A DNA stretch of 64,000 bases from Phoronis australis (Eukaryota > Animalia > Phoronida), in NCBI GenBank assembly GCA_002633005.1, contig NMRA01000718.1:41289-105288 (forward strand). The letters run 5' to 3'. Each line of letters begins with the position of its first letter. Position 1 is the stretch's first letter. Of this stretch, positions 13,365 to 27,320 are shown piece by piece. The position numbers and the translations under genes are program-made. The notes under the pieces are model-generated. The model had not been told where the DNA came from and searched no databases. It saw only the letters and a program-made list of their open reading frames with translations.

Positions 13365-13955
13365 CTAGATTGGATATTCGAGGTACAGGCCAAAACTGAT
13401 TTAAAACGAGCAATAGTATCGCACTGAACACCGAATGACCCATGACAGACAGATTGCACTATGGAATGGGTACGCCAGAAACTAAAAAGCCCCCTCTCCC
13501 AAAAATGAGATAGCTCATACATTCGAGGCACCACAAAAACTAATTCCATGTGATTCAATCATGTCATTGATCGCAAATTGCCCCATGGCAGACAAAATAC
13601 ACTCTGGTTTGTGTCCGCCAGAAACCCCCCAAAATGTCAACAACGGTATGCCATTGAAGTTAGATATTCGAGGTATCAGCTAGAACTGATTTAAAACCAA
13701 CAATGGTACCGCACTGAACACCGAAGGACCCATGGCCATGCCATTGAAAGTTTGAGCTACATTCAAAGTTAGATATTCGAGGTACCGGCTAAAACTGACT
13801 TAAAGCCAACCATCGTGCGGCAATGAACACCGGATGACCCATGACACAAATTGTCGTCTGGAAAGGGTCCGCCAGAAACTCAAGAACGACACCCGAAAAG
13901 GAGCTTGTTACTATACTAGAGGTACAACAATAAACATTTCCATGTGATTCAAACA
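13365..13955. repeat. Degenerate complex tandem repeat (~110-150-bp related monomers)
   Basis: GATATTCGAGGTA..AACTGATTTAAA..GCACTGAACACCG..GACCCATG recurs at ~13372, ~13663 and ~13772; TTCCATGTGATTCAA at ~13544 and ~13938; CGCCAGAAAC three times. Confidence 0.8.
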
Positions 13956-14000
13956 GAAGTTATTAATTACTAAATAGCCGAGAACATATCTGATAACACC

Positions 14001-15079
14001 AAAACTTTGAGATACAAGGAACTGACAAAAACCATGCCTTTAAGTGTTGATTAAGATCGCAGCTAGTGCAGTAGTGATGAGCTATCGAAAGTGCCAGCAG
14101 GAAAGATACTTCAGCGACATCACAAGACCCCTAAATTTCCGTTAGATAGAGGAACCTTTCCTTACACTGACTACTTAACAATGCTTTTTAAAGGAAAACA
14201 ATAGACGTGATTTTAATAACCTTCTTTAATCAAAATAAAATAGAAATTGTCATCACAACGTTTTCAAACAGCCACCCAACAATAACATCCGTGTCAGAGG
14301 CCCTGATCAATGCTTTGCCATTTGAGTTAGCTAAGTGGAAGACAAGAAGCCTGTCTATCTCCTCATGGGAACCTTGAGAAGCCAGTGGATGATCAGCTGC
14401 CATGGTACCACTGTAAGAAAGGCGAATCCAGTTGTCGGCATGTGAGAGAACAAGCGTTTTCTCCCCAAGAAATGGTCCGTATTAGGTCTTTCTGTATTCT
14501 TGTAGGACTAAGGAATGTTGCCAAACTGTTTATAAAATGTCCCGTTCCTCATACCAAGAGTTTTTGAACAAGACATTTTGGGTGTTAAAATCGTGTTGCG
14601 GTGTTTACGGAAAGAAATGTCCTAAATGATAATTTTAGGCACAAAAATCAAGTGTGTTTAGAAGTAACTTCGTTTATTCTGTAATATTTATCTATGAATA
14701 TTGTTATCTGTAGCACTTAACTACATCCGTAAAATAAAATTTTAAATTGTAAAAGAACGCAATCGAGTTATTTGTGTTGCTGACAGCGTACAGTATATTT
14801 GCCAATTGCCCCGCTCTTTGCGGACTGTCCCACTCCTTTTTGGATTTTATCAGCCATTCAGCCACACCACATTAAAATGTCCCGCGTTTTGACGAATGGC
14901 CAGATTGGCATACTATCATATATTATCGTGATTTCCCTTGCGACATAGCCATATTTTCGTGCTCGATTAAAATGAAAAAACGGGATACTTTCGATAGTTC
15001 ATTATGCTACACTCGCTGCGGTCTTAATCATCACTCAATGGGTTGGTTTTTCGACAGTTCCTGGTATCCGAAAGTTTTT
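14001..15079. mobile_element. Old MITE-like element bounded by ~95-bp imperfect inverted repeats
   Basis: 14001-14093 (AAAACTTTGAGATACAAGGAACTG...GATTAAGATCGCAGC...CTATCGAAAGT) is the diverged reverse complement of ~14987-15079. Confidence 0.65.
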
Positions 15080-18000
15080 TCATATATTTATTATCATTTA
15101 TAAACAAGTACAAAAACAAACAAACAATGTACATCCATTCATTCACGCATGCACACCTCAGGAAAGACCATTCTCGTTTCTAGTGTAAAGTAAACAACTT
15201 CTACATGGACTTAACGTGAAAATAAAATTTTCCCATTTGTCAGAGAAGCTGTCATACACAAAATTTTGTGTGCAATTAATTTTTCAGCATTATTGTACTC
15301 ATAACTATATTTCTCCTACACACATGATAGTATGGCAATGAAATACGGGTCGTATTATGAGGTTTGATATCGAATAACTACTTTTCCGTATTCAATGCAC
15401 GTTGAATACGGATGCCTTCTTTCTCGCCAAATTTCACTCCTGAGCACGCAAAACACTACAGTTGGTAGAAACATGATTATATATATATATATAGCATCCC
15501 TTTGGGTTCAGCTCCGTGCGCAATATTTCCACATGCCAATACTAGGATATGAGTTCTGAAAACTAAACAAAAATGTGAAATAAAAATATCGTTGACAATG
15601 TTTCTTAATATACCGTGAAATTTTGAACTTGAGTAGAATACTTAAATCACAAAAAGTCTCGAACTTGCCTCACTATATTTGGGATTAGGAAAGCAATATA
15701 CATGTACATTACAAATGCATTGCCTTTTTGGTCACCTATTGCACTACACCAATTGAGGTTCTTTACGGTCAAATATGAGTCAATTTTTAAATTCGTTCTC
15801 AAAACAATCAAAATACATCGAGCCCAAAAGCAAAACTGCAAATTCTGTTAACACTGTATTTTTGTCAATTTTACAATAAATTTCGGAATACTTTCTACCT
15901 AAAAATGATAAGAACCGCGCGCAAGGAGTATTTTTAAGAAGCGTCTGAACGTGCATCAGCCACAACGTCTGGGTGTCCTGCGCAGATATTACTCAGCGAA
16001 GTCAAGAAAAATCTTCAGAAATGTAAGCAAGCTTTAACTTAGACATAGATTTAGCTCAAACTCTGACGAAAATACCGAAAATAGCAGATATGCACCCCAA
16101 GCCTGTAGCTGCTGTAAAATACAACTTGAACTGCCGTGTCATGCAAGCTGCAAAAAATCGTTCATAAGAATATTGTGTGAACGTATACGTGTCATGCGAC
16201 CTGCGATCATCATACCCAGGACTAGCCACGTTCAATTTCTTCCTATTTCAAACGAGGTTCTCATATTAATATGTTTTACTTCCTTCTACGTTCAGGCAAT
16301 TAACGGTGAACTCTATTTGATCCTGGCTATTGCAGCCGAGGAACGAATATGATAAAAATTAGTTTCAACATTTATTGTTTTGTTAATGAATGACGACAAC
16401 AACTTAACGGCGTACTTTGACGCCATTCACGTCTAAATACCTACTGTAAGAACAATTCTAGTTCAAGATACTATTTCCTTTTGATTTCAGTCAAAACAAA
16501 GTTTCACGACTGACAACTGATTTTCATTCAGAATGACATCAAATTATGAAAATGAATACAGAAACTTTCGAGATTAATTTTGAAATTTCAGGTGAGCATA
16601 ATGGTGCTGCTTAAATCAAAACGGAAACTATATATCTGAATTAACTTGTCAACTAATGCTGAAAGATCAGTTTTGTCTAGTTCTCTCTACTTTCAGTCAA
16701 GGGGAGCTTCACATACGCTTTTGTAACCATCTTAATAGTGCTATTTTATTGACGTTTTAAGATTTCGTTTTAAATCAATTTGAGCCTTTTTATCAACGAA
16801 CCTTGGAAAGCATGTTGATCCATAGACTATTATGGTTGATCTTACTGCGCATCGATGTTACGACCGTGTATCATCCATACTCTTCCTTACCCAGGAATGA
16901 ATTATTATTGATACTGCCAGCGATCAAACAACCAAGTGATATGCCCACCAAGGGCAATCAAACGTACATGGCAGTTGCGATTGTTCTTTCTAAATAAGCT
17001 TAGCGTACACCGGCCTTAAAACTGGACACGACCAGTTGTAAAAAAGGTTAGGCCTACAACTGAGAGCAACTGACGTAAACTGATCGATTTGCAAGTTTGG
17101 CCGATGTGCGTCTTCTTAGCAGCTGATCGCTCGGTTGCGGTCAGTTGCACATGTTCTACTTTCTCGCAACTAGTTCCACTCAGTTTCACTAGTCTACCCC
17201 GATGTACGCCTCGCTGCAACAAGTGGTGGCCTTTTAACGACCATGTGATGGTCACGTGACTTAATTTTACACTAAAACAACAAATTGCTAACGCTCAAAG
17301 CCATCGTTATCGTGTGATGTCTATTGCTTGGACCGATTCTGCGGATGATGCTCTCGTTGAAATGTGCCTATTTACTCAAAATTTGATTTAAGGATTGTAT
17401 TAAAAGAACACTGATCAATTGCATAAAAAGGAATGCTGATGGAAAGTTTAACTACCCAAATATCTAAGTTACAGTGGCAAATACACACAATTAAAAATAC
17501 ACACAAATCTGTATGTAAGTCACGTGATTACAAGTGCCTCCTAGCGTACTCTTCAATGGTTACAACTCAGTCACTGCCAGTCGCTTTCGATGATTGCGCA
17601 AAAGAAACTGGGGGTACCTCGGACTGCCTAGTTTCTCACAATGGCGGTGTACGCGTGGTTAGAAACTGACATGTGCGGAGTCTGCCAGTTGCCTTGTCGA
17701 TGTACATTTAGCTTAAAGCGATGAGTGCCTGACTGGAGAAGTGGTCAGAACCGATGCTTCCATCTCATTTGTCGGCTAAGAAATTTGACTTTGATTGACA
17801 TTCAAAAAGATCTGCTTTGTCCTCCCTTGTTCGCCGATCAAACCTGTGCAAAGTAGTAAACTCAAAGTCAAATAAAGAGGACACAAATAGAAAATAAGTA
17901 AGGTCTATTTGGAATAAAACAATAGCGGTTCATTTTCCAGAACTGAAATTCTGAACCAATTTTAATCAACTTAAAAAATCGATAAAATACCAGTAAAACA

Positions 18001-21000
18001 GTTTGTGGTTGAGCTACAATTGTTGTAAACCACTTTCCATTACTTTCTTGGCCTTTTTCTGCGTGGTTTTCTGTTCTTTCAAAAGACGGCAGCATATGAC
18101 GACCATAGGAGTCATTATAAAATGGCTGCCCAAAAGCAATGCACAGTTGAAACAACTCGGCATAAGTAAAAGAAAACTTTTGAATCAACGAATACTATAT
18201 ATTTGTGAGAGTTAAATCAAATCCTATTCAGAGCATAACTTTGAAGTGGAATAATTGGGTGAGTACGAAAACAAGCCGGTTTTATGCTTAGGCGGACGAA
18301 CATTGGGTTCCCGAGTGTACTATCGTCCCTGCATGCCTGCGGCATTCAGGCCTAGTCCGGGTCGAGTTCCAATTTAAGTCCGTTCACAGCTTCGCACAAC
18401 ATAACAAGTTCATATTTTCTTCGTCCATTCATAGTTATTCCAAGATCCATCTACCATCTCTGTTGTGTTAACGTTTTAAGCGTAAAATTCTCCATAAGAA
18501 CTCCAGTAAGATTTAGCGTGTGTAGCAAAGGCTCGGGGCAAAACAAGGGCAATATGGGGGGTTTTGCCCTACTTCCGGTGACGTCACATCGAATGACTAG
18601 AAACTCGCAAGTGAACTATTGCGTTTCGAACAAAAAATCGATTTGGCCTTGTCATAAACGGACCATAGTTCGCATGCAATGAACTGCAACAGTAATCTGG
18701 TTGTTCCATGAACGCAAGATGTTAGCGATTATTCAGTACCTAGTCACACCGCTGACGACTCAGTCAAATGTCTTTCCTCGAGTTCTTCCGAGTCACTCGT
18801 TTGACACGTACCAAATTAAATTACGCGGGTGAGAACAACGAATAACAAATTGAATTGTTGTGTAGAACGTTCAATGTTGTGCAAAATTCAATAGCAGCCA
18901 TACAATTAGGACGCCGAGTGTTTTGCCAGCATGGTTTCATGATTGCGCAGACACGAGTGTTTGTGGATTTCAGGAGATGGGTCGTAAAGCAACTTGTATG
19001 TCAAGAAGTTATCATAAAAGTAGACATAAGTAAAGTGATTTATATCGATTTCGGGCAAGTAACAATGCATAAACTGTCTCTAATGATGGCGTTCCTGAGA
19101 GATTTCCGTTTTCAAAATGTCCTCTTGTGTCTCAATCAACACAAAGGCACGTTATTGTGTTTATCTAAGCCGGTAGAACTTGTCTTGCTCACGGGCGTAC
19201 ATGTACCTACAATAGGCCAATATCGGGAATTTTAGTACCTGTGCTTCGCTAAAAGCGTTAATGGTTACAGTTTCGAATTTTCTCACATTACTACACATTT
19301 TCTGTCTCTTTTCTAACACCGATTTTATAACAGAAATCGGAAAATTAATTCGTTCTACTAAATGGAGTCCTTTTGCATTTTTTACTAGTACTTAGATTTA
19401 ATTTTCCACGTGCCGGTGTGTAGTTGCGGAGATTCCTGGTACGCAAATACGCAATCCAAAGTGTTTCCAAAAATGCACAAAACGGCAACCTTCACCCCAT
19501 ATTTCATACGACTAAATGCAAAACGAACCAATATACAATATAAACCGACTGTGGTGGGGCATATGCTAAGCGGAAATTTACGTGATCTTGTGAAACTCGC
19601 AACGTGTCGTTATTACGTACTCTCGTCAGACACTACGGTCTCATGAAGCCACGTGACGTAGGCTGCGTGATCTCCATGCCTCCTCATCAGCACCAACGGG
19701 AACACCAATGATGAGAATTTGTCACGGTCATTTAACTCAGTTAGTAAATTTGAGCAGCTGTTAAATGTTTTTTTTCAAGTCAAACGTGATTGATAAGGTC
19801 ACGACGACTCCGTAAACAACAACAGTGACAAGAACAATAATAATGGTAATAACATAATACAACAGTAATAACAATGTAATTTCTATTCATTTTACTGTGA
19901 CTACCGTTGTTGTTTGTCTTGTTCGCGTTGTTATTAATATTAAGGAGCATATCCTGTGATGCTTTTTCTCTTTGTTATTCGAATTCAATTCATTAGTCGT
20001 TGTGTGCTCTCAGCAGCGGGCGACATTGAATAGATTGCTTTGAAATTACCACATAATTGGCGTAACGATGAAAGACATATGGCAGCCGACGGAAGATAAG
20101 ATTTTTTACGAACGGTGGTGAAAGACGAATACCTCATATGATAACCGTTACTGAACATTGAGCTCCAATTACGGAGTCCAGTGACGCAAGAATTTGACAA
20201 AAAGCAAGAGCACACAAAAGCGCGCCAGTGAAAGGCGGGTACGTGTTTCGCGAGTATGTTCGGCGGGGAGCTTTCTGGCGTAACCCAGCAAAATATTACT
20301 GGATAGAATTCATTGCTTCTGTTCTATGGAAGATCTGGCGCGACAAATGCAAAGCTAATGTCTGGGGTCTACGGAACTCATCCCAACTCACCGGAGTGAA
20401 CCGATGTATTCATTGCAAAGCAATTTAAGTCCACTTTAATCGGCATTCATGTTTGAACGTTTAAGTTGTAAATTGAAGGAAGGGCAATGTAGACACAGTC
20501 CCTTGGTGCAAACTTCTGACATTTTTTTCAACTCTTCACATAGTTGCCGTTCTCGCTGAGAAGCTTTTTGAAGATAAATATAGGTCATCGCTACTTCGTC
20601 TTCTATTCCTCGACGAATAAGTTCGTAATCGCTGCTATGACGGTTGTCAAGACAGTGTTGAGTTGTAACAAAGATACTATATCCCACTTAGGTATCTATA
20701 AAATCTTTGGTTGTAATACACGACTGGTTTCATACTGGTTTGCCAGAGATACGTTCCGAGTTGGGGAGACCACGCTGTCGTCTTCATGGGATATTACCTC
20801 GTACGTGAGCATGTAATTAAAAATAAATTAGGTTCTTCCATTTCCCTTGTGCGCAATTTGTTTTGAGTTGTCTTAAATTGCATTGTGTACATAAACCCAT
20901 CATAACAATGGTCTCGTAACGGCATATAAGGGTTTCATAATTGGTTATTCAACGAAAGCCTTTGTCTGCAAAGAACATGCACTTAAATAAAAATAGGGTA

Positions 21001-21628
21001 CCGAAAAATGAGGGTTGAATTACTGGCGCGCAATGGTTATCGTATTAGAATTTTATGAAGTACGTGATGCCCGCACTTCACTTGATGTTGCTGCGATCTC
21101 TCAATCTCTCGTGAGTTCAAGTGTTTCAAGCGAGTTTGAATGAGGGTTGCAATCAATCACGACGCTATAACTGTGTGGCTGGCGAGTTCACGTGTCTCGA
21201 AAAAATTCCCCCCTCTCGACGAAGTTACAAAGCATTCGATATGATTGAAAACGTCCCGGCTTTTCCGTGTGGCAGACATTCCCATTGGACGGAGTCGAAT
21301 CGTCTTGAAAAATGTCGGCATTGTCTTTTGTATTTGTCACTCATGCTATCACTGACGTATTGAAATCGCATGGTTTTCGTTTAATTTTGCTTCGAGCCAA
21401 TCCACTTTTAACTGAGGTTTTTGTATTTCCTTTCAGTCCTCTATATTGTTTTTAATAATACCATGACGTATGCAACGATGCCAACAAATCACGTGACCCC
21501 CGTATAAGTCATGTTGTGCCATTTCAAATGTTCGTATATGAGCTCGCACTTTTGTTTTCAGTTATGAACGCGTTATCGTCACTGCAGCAGTCTTACTAAC
21601 TTATGCAAGAAAACTGACTAAACGTGAG

Positions 21629-21858
21629 ATGCTGACGCGCTGTTCAGCGGGTTTCAACGTTTCTCGCAGACTGTTCAAGCTTTCATGGTGTCTGCTGGTG
21701 ATTTCAATCGTTAAAGTAGGAGCGTCGTCATTTAATCGCAAAATAAAGTGTCGTGATAGTCTGGCTACATTCAACGACTTAGAAGTAACATGTTCAAATT
21801 TAACGGAAGAAGAGTCGGAAGATTTACTAGAAGGACTTCCCAACAGCACAATGGAACT
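21629..21858 (+). CDS. LRR-containing secreted or membrane protein, coding exon A (signal peptide + LRRNT cap)
   Basis: MLTRCSAGFNVSRRLFKLSWCLLVISIVKVGAS (hydrophobic leader), then C..VTCSNL..EGLPNSTMEL ending CT|GTAAGT (phase-2 donor typical of LRR genes). An acceptor at 21560-21561 with an open frame means the start codon could lie further upstream. Confidence 0.75.
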
Positions 21859-22558
21859 GTAAGTCTAGAGTCGTTGTTGTCGAAGCTACGTATCTCTACA
21901 TGTATGTTGTATTTGCAGGTCAGTAAATGAAATCTTTCAGTACGAGATGTGTTGGTTGTTATACGCGTAATTAACTGTATGAGCGTCTAAAGAACGTAAT
22001 TTCCTATCTTCAGAGACGAAATTTTCTGGGAAAATGCTAAAATGATGTTAACTTTGAGAGCAACGAGAAAAAAATGCTCAGATGGTTTTAAGTTATGATA
22101 ACAACGAAGTTGATCTGTTATTGAGAGTTGCTTAAGATGACTTTGTGAACGTGAAACTCGCCAGCTATTCTCCGGTCGTACAACAAACACACTACAGAGG
22201 CACAGCGATAGCTGTTGACCAAATAATGACCTATTCTTAACGTTAGTTTCTATGTGCCGTGTTCCCTTACCGCGTGTAGTCATGTCAACAAAATTTGGTG
22301 AATACGATAAACGATTTTCATCTTTGGTTAAAGTTTTATGTATATAGCATTTTTGCTGAGTTGAAAAGCGCAGGTACATCTGCTTGAACACGGCTCACCT
22401 TTGTGTGATTTTGTCAGTTGCCTTTCCGGAAAATAGTTGTGATAGTAAATCTCCTACAGACGCATTAATTTTTCTTAAATTGATACTGCTTTCGAAGACC
22501 AAAATTAAACAAAAAAAGGTTTGCGACGCTAAAAATGCCTTGTTTGATCGCCAACGAG

Positions 22559-22771
22559 GACACTGTGCACTAGTTGGAGCCTTGCAGTGTTTACCCCCTC
22601 TACTTATTTAGACACTGTGCACTAGTTGGAGCCTTGCAGTGTTTACCCCCTCTACTTATTTAGACACTGTGCACTAGTTGGAGCCTTGCAGTGTTTACCC
22701 CCTCTACTTATTTAGACACTGTGCACTAGTTGGAGCCTTGCAGTGTTTACACGCTCTACTTATTTTGACAC
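22559..22771. repeat. Tandem repeat, 52-bp unit x4
   Basis: GACACTGTGCACTAGTTGGAGCCTTGCAGTGTTTACCCCCTCTACTTATTTA at 22559, 22611, 22663 and 22715; no spacers. Confidence 0.97.
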
Positions 22772-24652
22772 CTACTCTCTCGTTTAAAAACTATAAGTAT
22801 ACCGAGGTTTGCTTAAGAGTATGAATATTACCCTGGGACATCCCGTTTCACTCACAGGAAGTGTCGAATGATTTGATATGGCACAAAGTTGTGTCGTGAA
22901 ATTATCGAGCTGAGTCTTCTTACTTTCTATTGTTGATCTCAGGTCAAAATAGAGGTCAGAAGTGTTAGTTCCAGTTTGACGAACCGCTTCAGTGTAAGTT
23001 AGAAATGAAGTGGTTATCATCACGCCTTGATTAGAATGATGAGAACTCTACAGGCAAGGAAATCTTCAGGACTAAGGTTTTCCGCTTCGGATTGTTATCG
23101 ATGAAACTTAATCGAGTTTTAATTGAAGAAATCTTTCTTTGATTGAATGTCATTTTTTAGTAATTAGTTTCATTGACATCTCATGTTACTTTTTATTTCA
23201 TTAATTATGAGACAATGATGTTTTAAAAATTCTTTTCCCGCTTCATTTTGGTTAAAAACTTCATACAACGGTTTTTACCGCGAGTTATTTCAACCGAAAT
23301 TTAAAAAAAAAACGCTCATTAAACACAGGTCCAAATATTTTCAAGCTTAATTGAATTTAACGTCAATGCCGCCGTATGTTGTGAGGTTTTTAGCGTAAGC
23401 CCCGCCCAATGATTAAAAATTTAAAAAAATAGTAAAATAGGACAAGCGCAAATAGGGCTGGACTTTACTAAAGATTTATATTTTTGTGACTTCTTTCGAC
23501 TAACGAAACTCATCGTCTGCTCTTTTTTGGTGAAAGTTAAGGAGAGAGTGTCTTTAAGATAGTTGCCCTTAACTTTCAAATCACACTGGTTCGTATTCTT
23601 CTCTATGTAAAGCCTCTTGTGTATCAGGCGCAGATCGCAGATTCTGAGAGTTTACGTTACTATTTTAGTCTCAAATGTACCGACGAAACTTCGGGTATCT
23701 GTACACTTAGTGACAAAGTATTCATTTTCAAACTGTCGATTGTCTAAAAGCTGTCAGCCAAACTACAAAAATAAGGAACAAGAATTTAAACATGAGTTCA
23801 ATGACCAGTTCGCGGTCAATATTTTATGATAGATTTTAAAAACTGTACCGATTGTAAAACGCAGCGTGAATTATCGTACGACATTAATTGCGCAAGGGCA
23901 AATCGTTGTTAAGGTTTACAGCAAAGAGTCATCCCCACGTACACTTGTTGAGGAAAGTCAGTCTTTTGTAAATAAACTACTAAAAAAAGTAACGCCTCCT
24001 TCAGTTTTTTGTTCATTAGTTGGACAGCAATGATTGTTTTTGAAAAATTCAAAAATGCACTGATAGTATAATTCAAGAGGCACATTCTCATGTAAAAGTT
24101 TATTACAAAAATCCATTTATGAAGCTTTTAAAGCGAGGTGTCTGAATCAAAGGTCGCAAAATGGAGATTCCGAAGAAATTTGGTTCGCACACGGATACAA
24201 TGAAATGCAAATTTTACAAAAACTAGCGCATAGCGCTAGGATAGTATTGGGGTGCATGGATGAGCCTGTAGGTCTGTAAATGAAACTAAGAGCTTAATTG
24301 AGTATACTGCTTCTTGTATGGAGCTCCGACAGCTTGATGCCGGCTGATGGCGCAACGTTGAGCACCACTGAATGGAGTCAGTAGACAATAAAAGCATAAC
24401 TTTAGTAGAGGTTACATAAGAAATCAGTCCATTTGTGTCAGTGTCCGTTTGTGCGTCAACCACGTCATGTATGGCCGAAAATGATAGACTTATGGATGTT
24501 GGTCAATTCGAATCGGGTGATATGCAAAGAGAGGTGGCCGACATCTTTGGTGTATCTGTCACTATAGTGAAACGCCTCCGTTACAAGTACCCAGCTTCTG
24601 GTACTGTCCATTACTCTCCACGGAATGGTCGTCTTCGCGCTACTGCACAAAA

Positions 24653-25061
24653 CACGATACAGTCTGCAGGGGCGGATCCAGGATTTTGAGTTAGGGGGGC
24701 CAGGACAGAGTATTATCAAGGATTTTGCCGTCAGACATTCGCACCCCAGAACTGCCTAATGGAATCAATGGGAGAATTTTAGGGGGGGGGCATGGCCCCC
24801 TTGGCCCCCCTCTAAATCCGCCACTGGTCTGTAGGTNGTGCTCGAAAAAGCCCCGTTTGACGAAGTGGGCAAAAAGGTCCGCTTCAGAGAAACAATAAGT
24901 CCGAGGAAACGAGACAAAAGTCTACTAAAAAGGCAGGAACTACCAAAATTCGGCGAACGCATAATTCACAGCGCTGAACATAGGCCTACCTCGTTTTTTG
25001 AGTAAACGGTCCACATTCCCAAAACTTCGAGCCCCCACTTTTTAGGCTGAGTGTGCGTATG
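24653..25061 (-). mobile_element. GC-rich MITE family B copy inserted in the Tc1 ORF, itself interrupted by a second MITE
   Basis: AAAAAGGTCCGCTTCAGAGAAAC..AGTCCGAG..AAACGAGACAAAAGTC..GGCTGAGTGTGCGTATG is the reverse complement of the copies at 38375-38618 and 59197-59484. Left end approximate. Confidence 0.75.
24667..24826. mobile_element. 160-bp GC-rich MITE (CAGGGGCGGATCCAG...CTAAATCCGCCACTG) with 5-bp TSD GTCTG
   Basis: Imperfect TIRs; GTCTG at 24662-24666 and 24827-24831. Confidence 0.85.
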
Positions 25062-26594
25062 TGGACAACACCTGAAAATTAGCGTTCAGACGGTGACGAA
25101 CCACCTTCATTTAGCCGACAGAAGCGTACGACTCCTGCAACGAAAACAGCTATGACCGCTGTCCATCGCCAAACCCGAACGAGATGGTGTAGGCATCACG
25201 TTCGCTGGAACCAGGAACAGTGGGGGACCGTGGTGTTTTTTGATGAGTCCTTTTGCTTGCGGTCCATGGCCAGGTGGAGACGGCGAGTTGAAAGATTTGC
25301 AAAGTGTTGCATTAGGCGCGAGACACCATACAATTAAGGTAGTGTTTTGGTGTGGGGAGGAATCTTCTTTAACGGAAGAACTCCACTTGTCCATCTACGA
25401 GAAAGTCTAAACGCCCAGCGCTCCCGCACTAAAGTCCTGACCTGGACTGCTATAGAACAGCTGTGGGACCAGCTTGGTCGACGAGCGCGTCGTCGTTTTA
25501 CAAACCAGACCACATTGGACGATCTCCGGCGTCGGTTGGAACAGGAGTGGGCAGGAATCCCCCCAGTACAAGATTCAGCGCATAATTAGGAGTATGCCTG
25601 AGAGGTGCATGGTTGTGGTGAACGCTGGTGGCGACTTCACACGTTACAGATCGACTGTAACCGATCCGATTGGTGTTAAGTTATGGCAGGCCGCCATTTT
25701 GTAACTTTTGTTTTTGACTTATTTAACTTTATCGCCGAATTAAATTCGTTTTACTGTACAAATTTCTAACAAATGTGATATCAAAAAATATGTCTTGAAC
25801 TACGCTTTCTCGTGGTGACACAGCTGTCATTTATTATTCCTTTGTCAAATTATCCTGAAAAGTATGAAGGGGATGTTACTTTTTGAGTAGTTTAGATAAC
25901 AACACAAAGCCATGCTCATAATTCAACAGTGGTCCAGGGGCCTACTGTATCACACGTTGCGCGTCCAGTCGTAGCCGAATAAGACGGTCGTGGGCACGTG
26001 AGTACGAAAGCTGGGTAATTTATGACGCGCTTCAAATTGTAATAACTATAGTCATCTTCGATTATATTTATTACGCTTAGCAATCGCCTTCTTAACCACA
26101 TTAAGTAAAAGACACCAAACCCTCTTTTGGTGATTTCACATAAGTACTGTTCTTTTGTCTAACACTGCGCAGTTTGTGCCTCGTAAAGTAATCAGATTAT
26201 TAAAATATTCACGAAGTGGAGCCTGTATTTCAAAACGGTCGGCCTTCCTCACAGCCGCCTAAATCATCGTCCAAATCGTTAGTCCATTCAATTGACCAGG
26301 AACTACGTGCACGAATTCACCATTGTGCTTGAAATTGAGGTGCTGTGTCCAAACTCCAACGATTCATCATGTTTTGAATACGCTCACTTTCTCGTTTACG
26401 TTGCTAAAATTGATGCTTAAGTGACGTATTGCGTCCTAAACAAAAATGCACAACTACAATAATTTTTGAAGAGCCATCAAAGTGTGCAAGTAGTGAATAT
26501 TTTACTGAATTCGATACGAACCGTGTTTTAGCATTAAACCAACGATTTTCTCCACAGGCTGTTATAATGTCGTTCTATATACTTTGTTTGAGTT

Positions 26595-27320
26595 CAGTAG
26601 CGGATCTAGGATATCACGAGGGGGGGGGCCACATTTTGTCCGGCTGTAAGCATTTGTGCAAACCACGATTGTAGATGCGCATAGCACCGAATGGGGAGAG
26701 GTCGGGAGGGGNNNNNNNNNNNNNNNNNNNNNNNNNNNNNNNNNNNNNNNNNNNNNNNNNNNNNNNNNNNNNNNNNNNNNNNNNNNNNNNNNNNNNNNNN
26801 NNNNNNNNNNNNNNNNNNNNNNNNNNNNNNNNNNNNNNNNNNNNNNNNNNNNNNNNNNNNNNNNNNNNNNNNNNNNNNNNNNNNNNNNNNNNNNNNNNNN
26901 NNNNNNNNNNNNNNNNNNNNNNNNNNNNNNNNNNNNNNNNNNNNNNNNNNNNNNNNNNNNNNNNNNNNNNNNNNNNNNNNNNNNNNNNNNNNNNNNNNNN
27001 NNNNNNNNNNNNNNNNNNNNNNNNNNNNNNNNNNNNNNNNNNNNNNNNNNNNNNNNNNNNNNNNNNNNNNNNNNNNNNNNNNNNNNNNNNNNNNNNNNNN
27101 NNNNNNNNNNNNNNNNNNNNNNNNNNNNNNNNNNNNNNNNNNNNNNNNNNNNNNNNNNNNNNNNCCCCCAACACAAAAACTGCACACATTTAAATCTTGT
27201 TTCATTCGTATAGTTTTAATTACTGGGGTTAATTAATAAACTCAACATTTCCCTACGCTCTTGCTGTTTCATTTTTTGCGGCAGTCAGAGGGGGGGGGGG
27301 CGCCCCCCCTAAATCCGCCT
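26595..27320. mobile_element. GC-rich MITE related to 24667-24826, spanning an N-gap
   Basis: CAGTAGCGGATCTAGG... at the left and ...CCCCCTAAATCCGCCT at the right; G/C runs flank the gap. Confidence 0.6.

Larger units (their letters stand above)
23975..25892 (+). mobile_element. Degenerate Tc1/mariner transposon (Tc1-like transposase pseudogene) with nested MITEs
   Basis: TA|AACTACTAAAAAAAGTAAC... and ...GTTACTTTTTGAGTAGTT|TA TIRs; HTH (QREVADIFGVSVTIVKRL...SPRNGR), WGTVVFFDES, VWGGIFFNG, AIEQLWDQL, IRSMPERCMVVVNAGGDFTRY; the second catalytic Asp region is deleted. Confidence 0.92.

Noticed and set aside
16995-17716. Possible Harbinger MITE (TAAGCTTAGCGTACACCGG / TCGATGTACATTTAGCTTA)
   Set aside because: Inverted match too degenerate to assert.
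20050-20230. Possible hAT dimerisation-domain remnant (LLNIELQLRSPVTQEFD)
   Set aside because: Short, interrupted by stops, with no ends found; cannot be supported without a search.
22559-22771. Possible CRISPR array (also 747-1111)
   Set aside because: Head-to-tail repeats with no unique spacers, no cas genes, eukaryotic context.
365-27236. Long ORFs containing X runs
   Set aside because: They run through N-gaps; only the THAP start at 11631 is meaningful.
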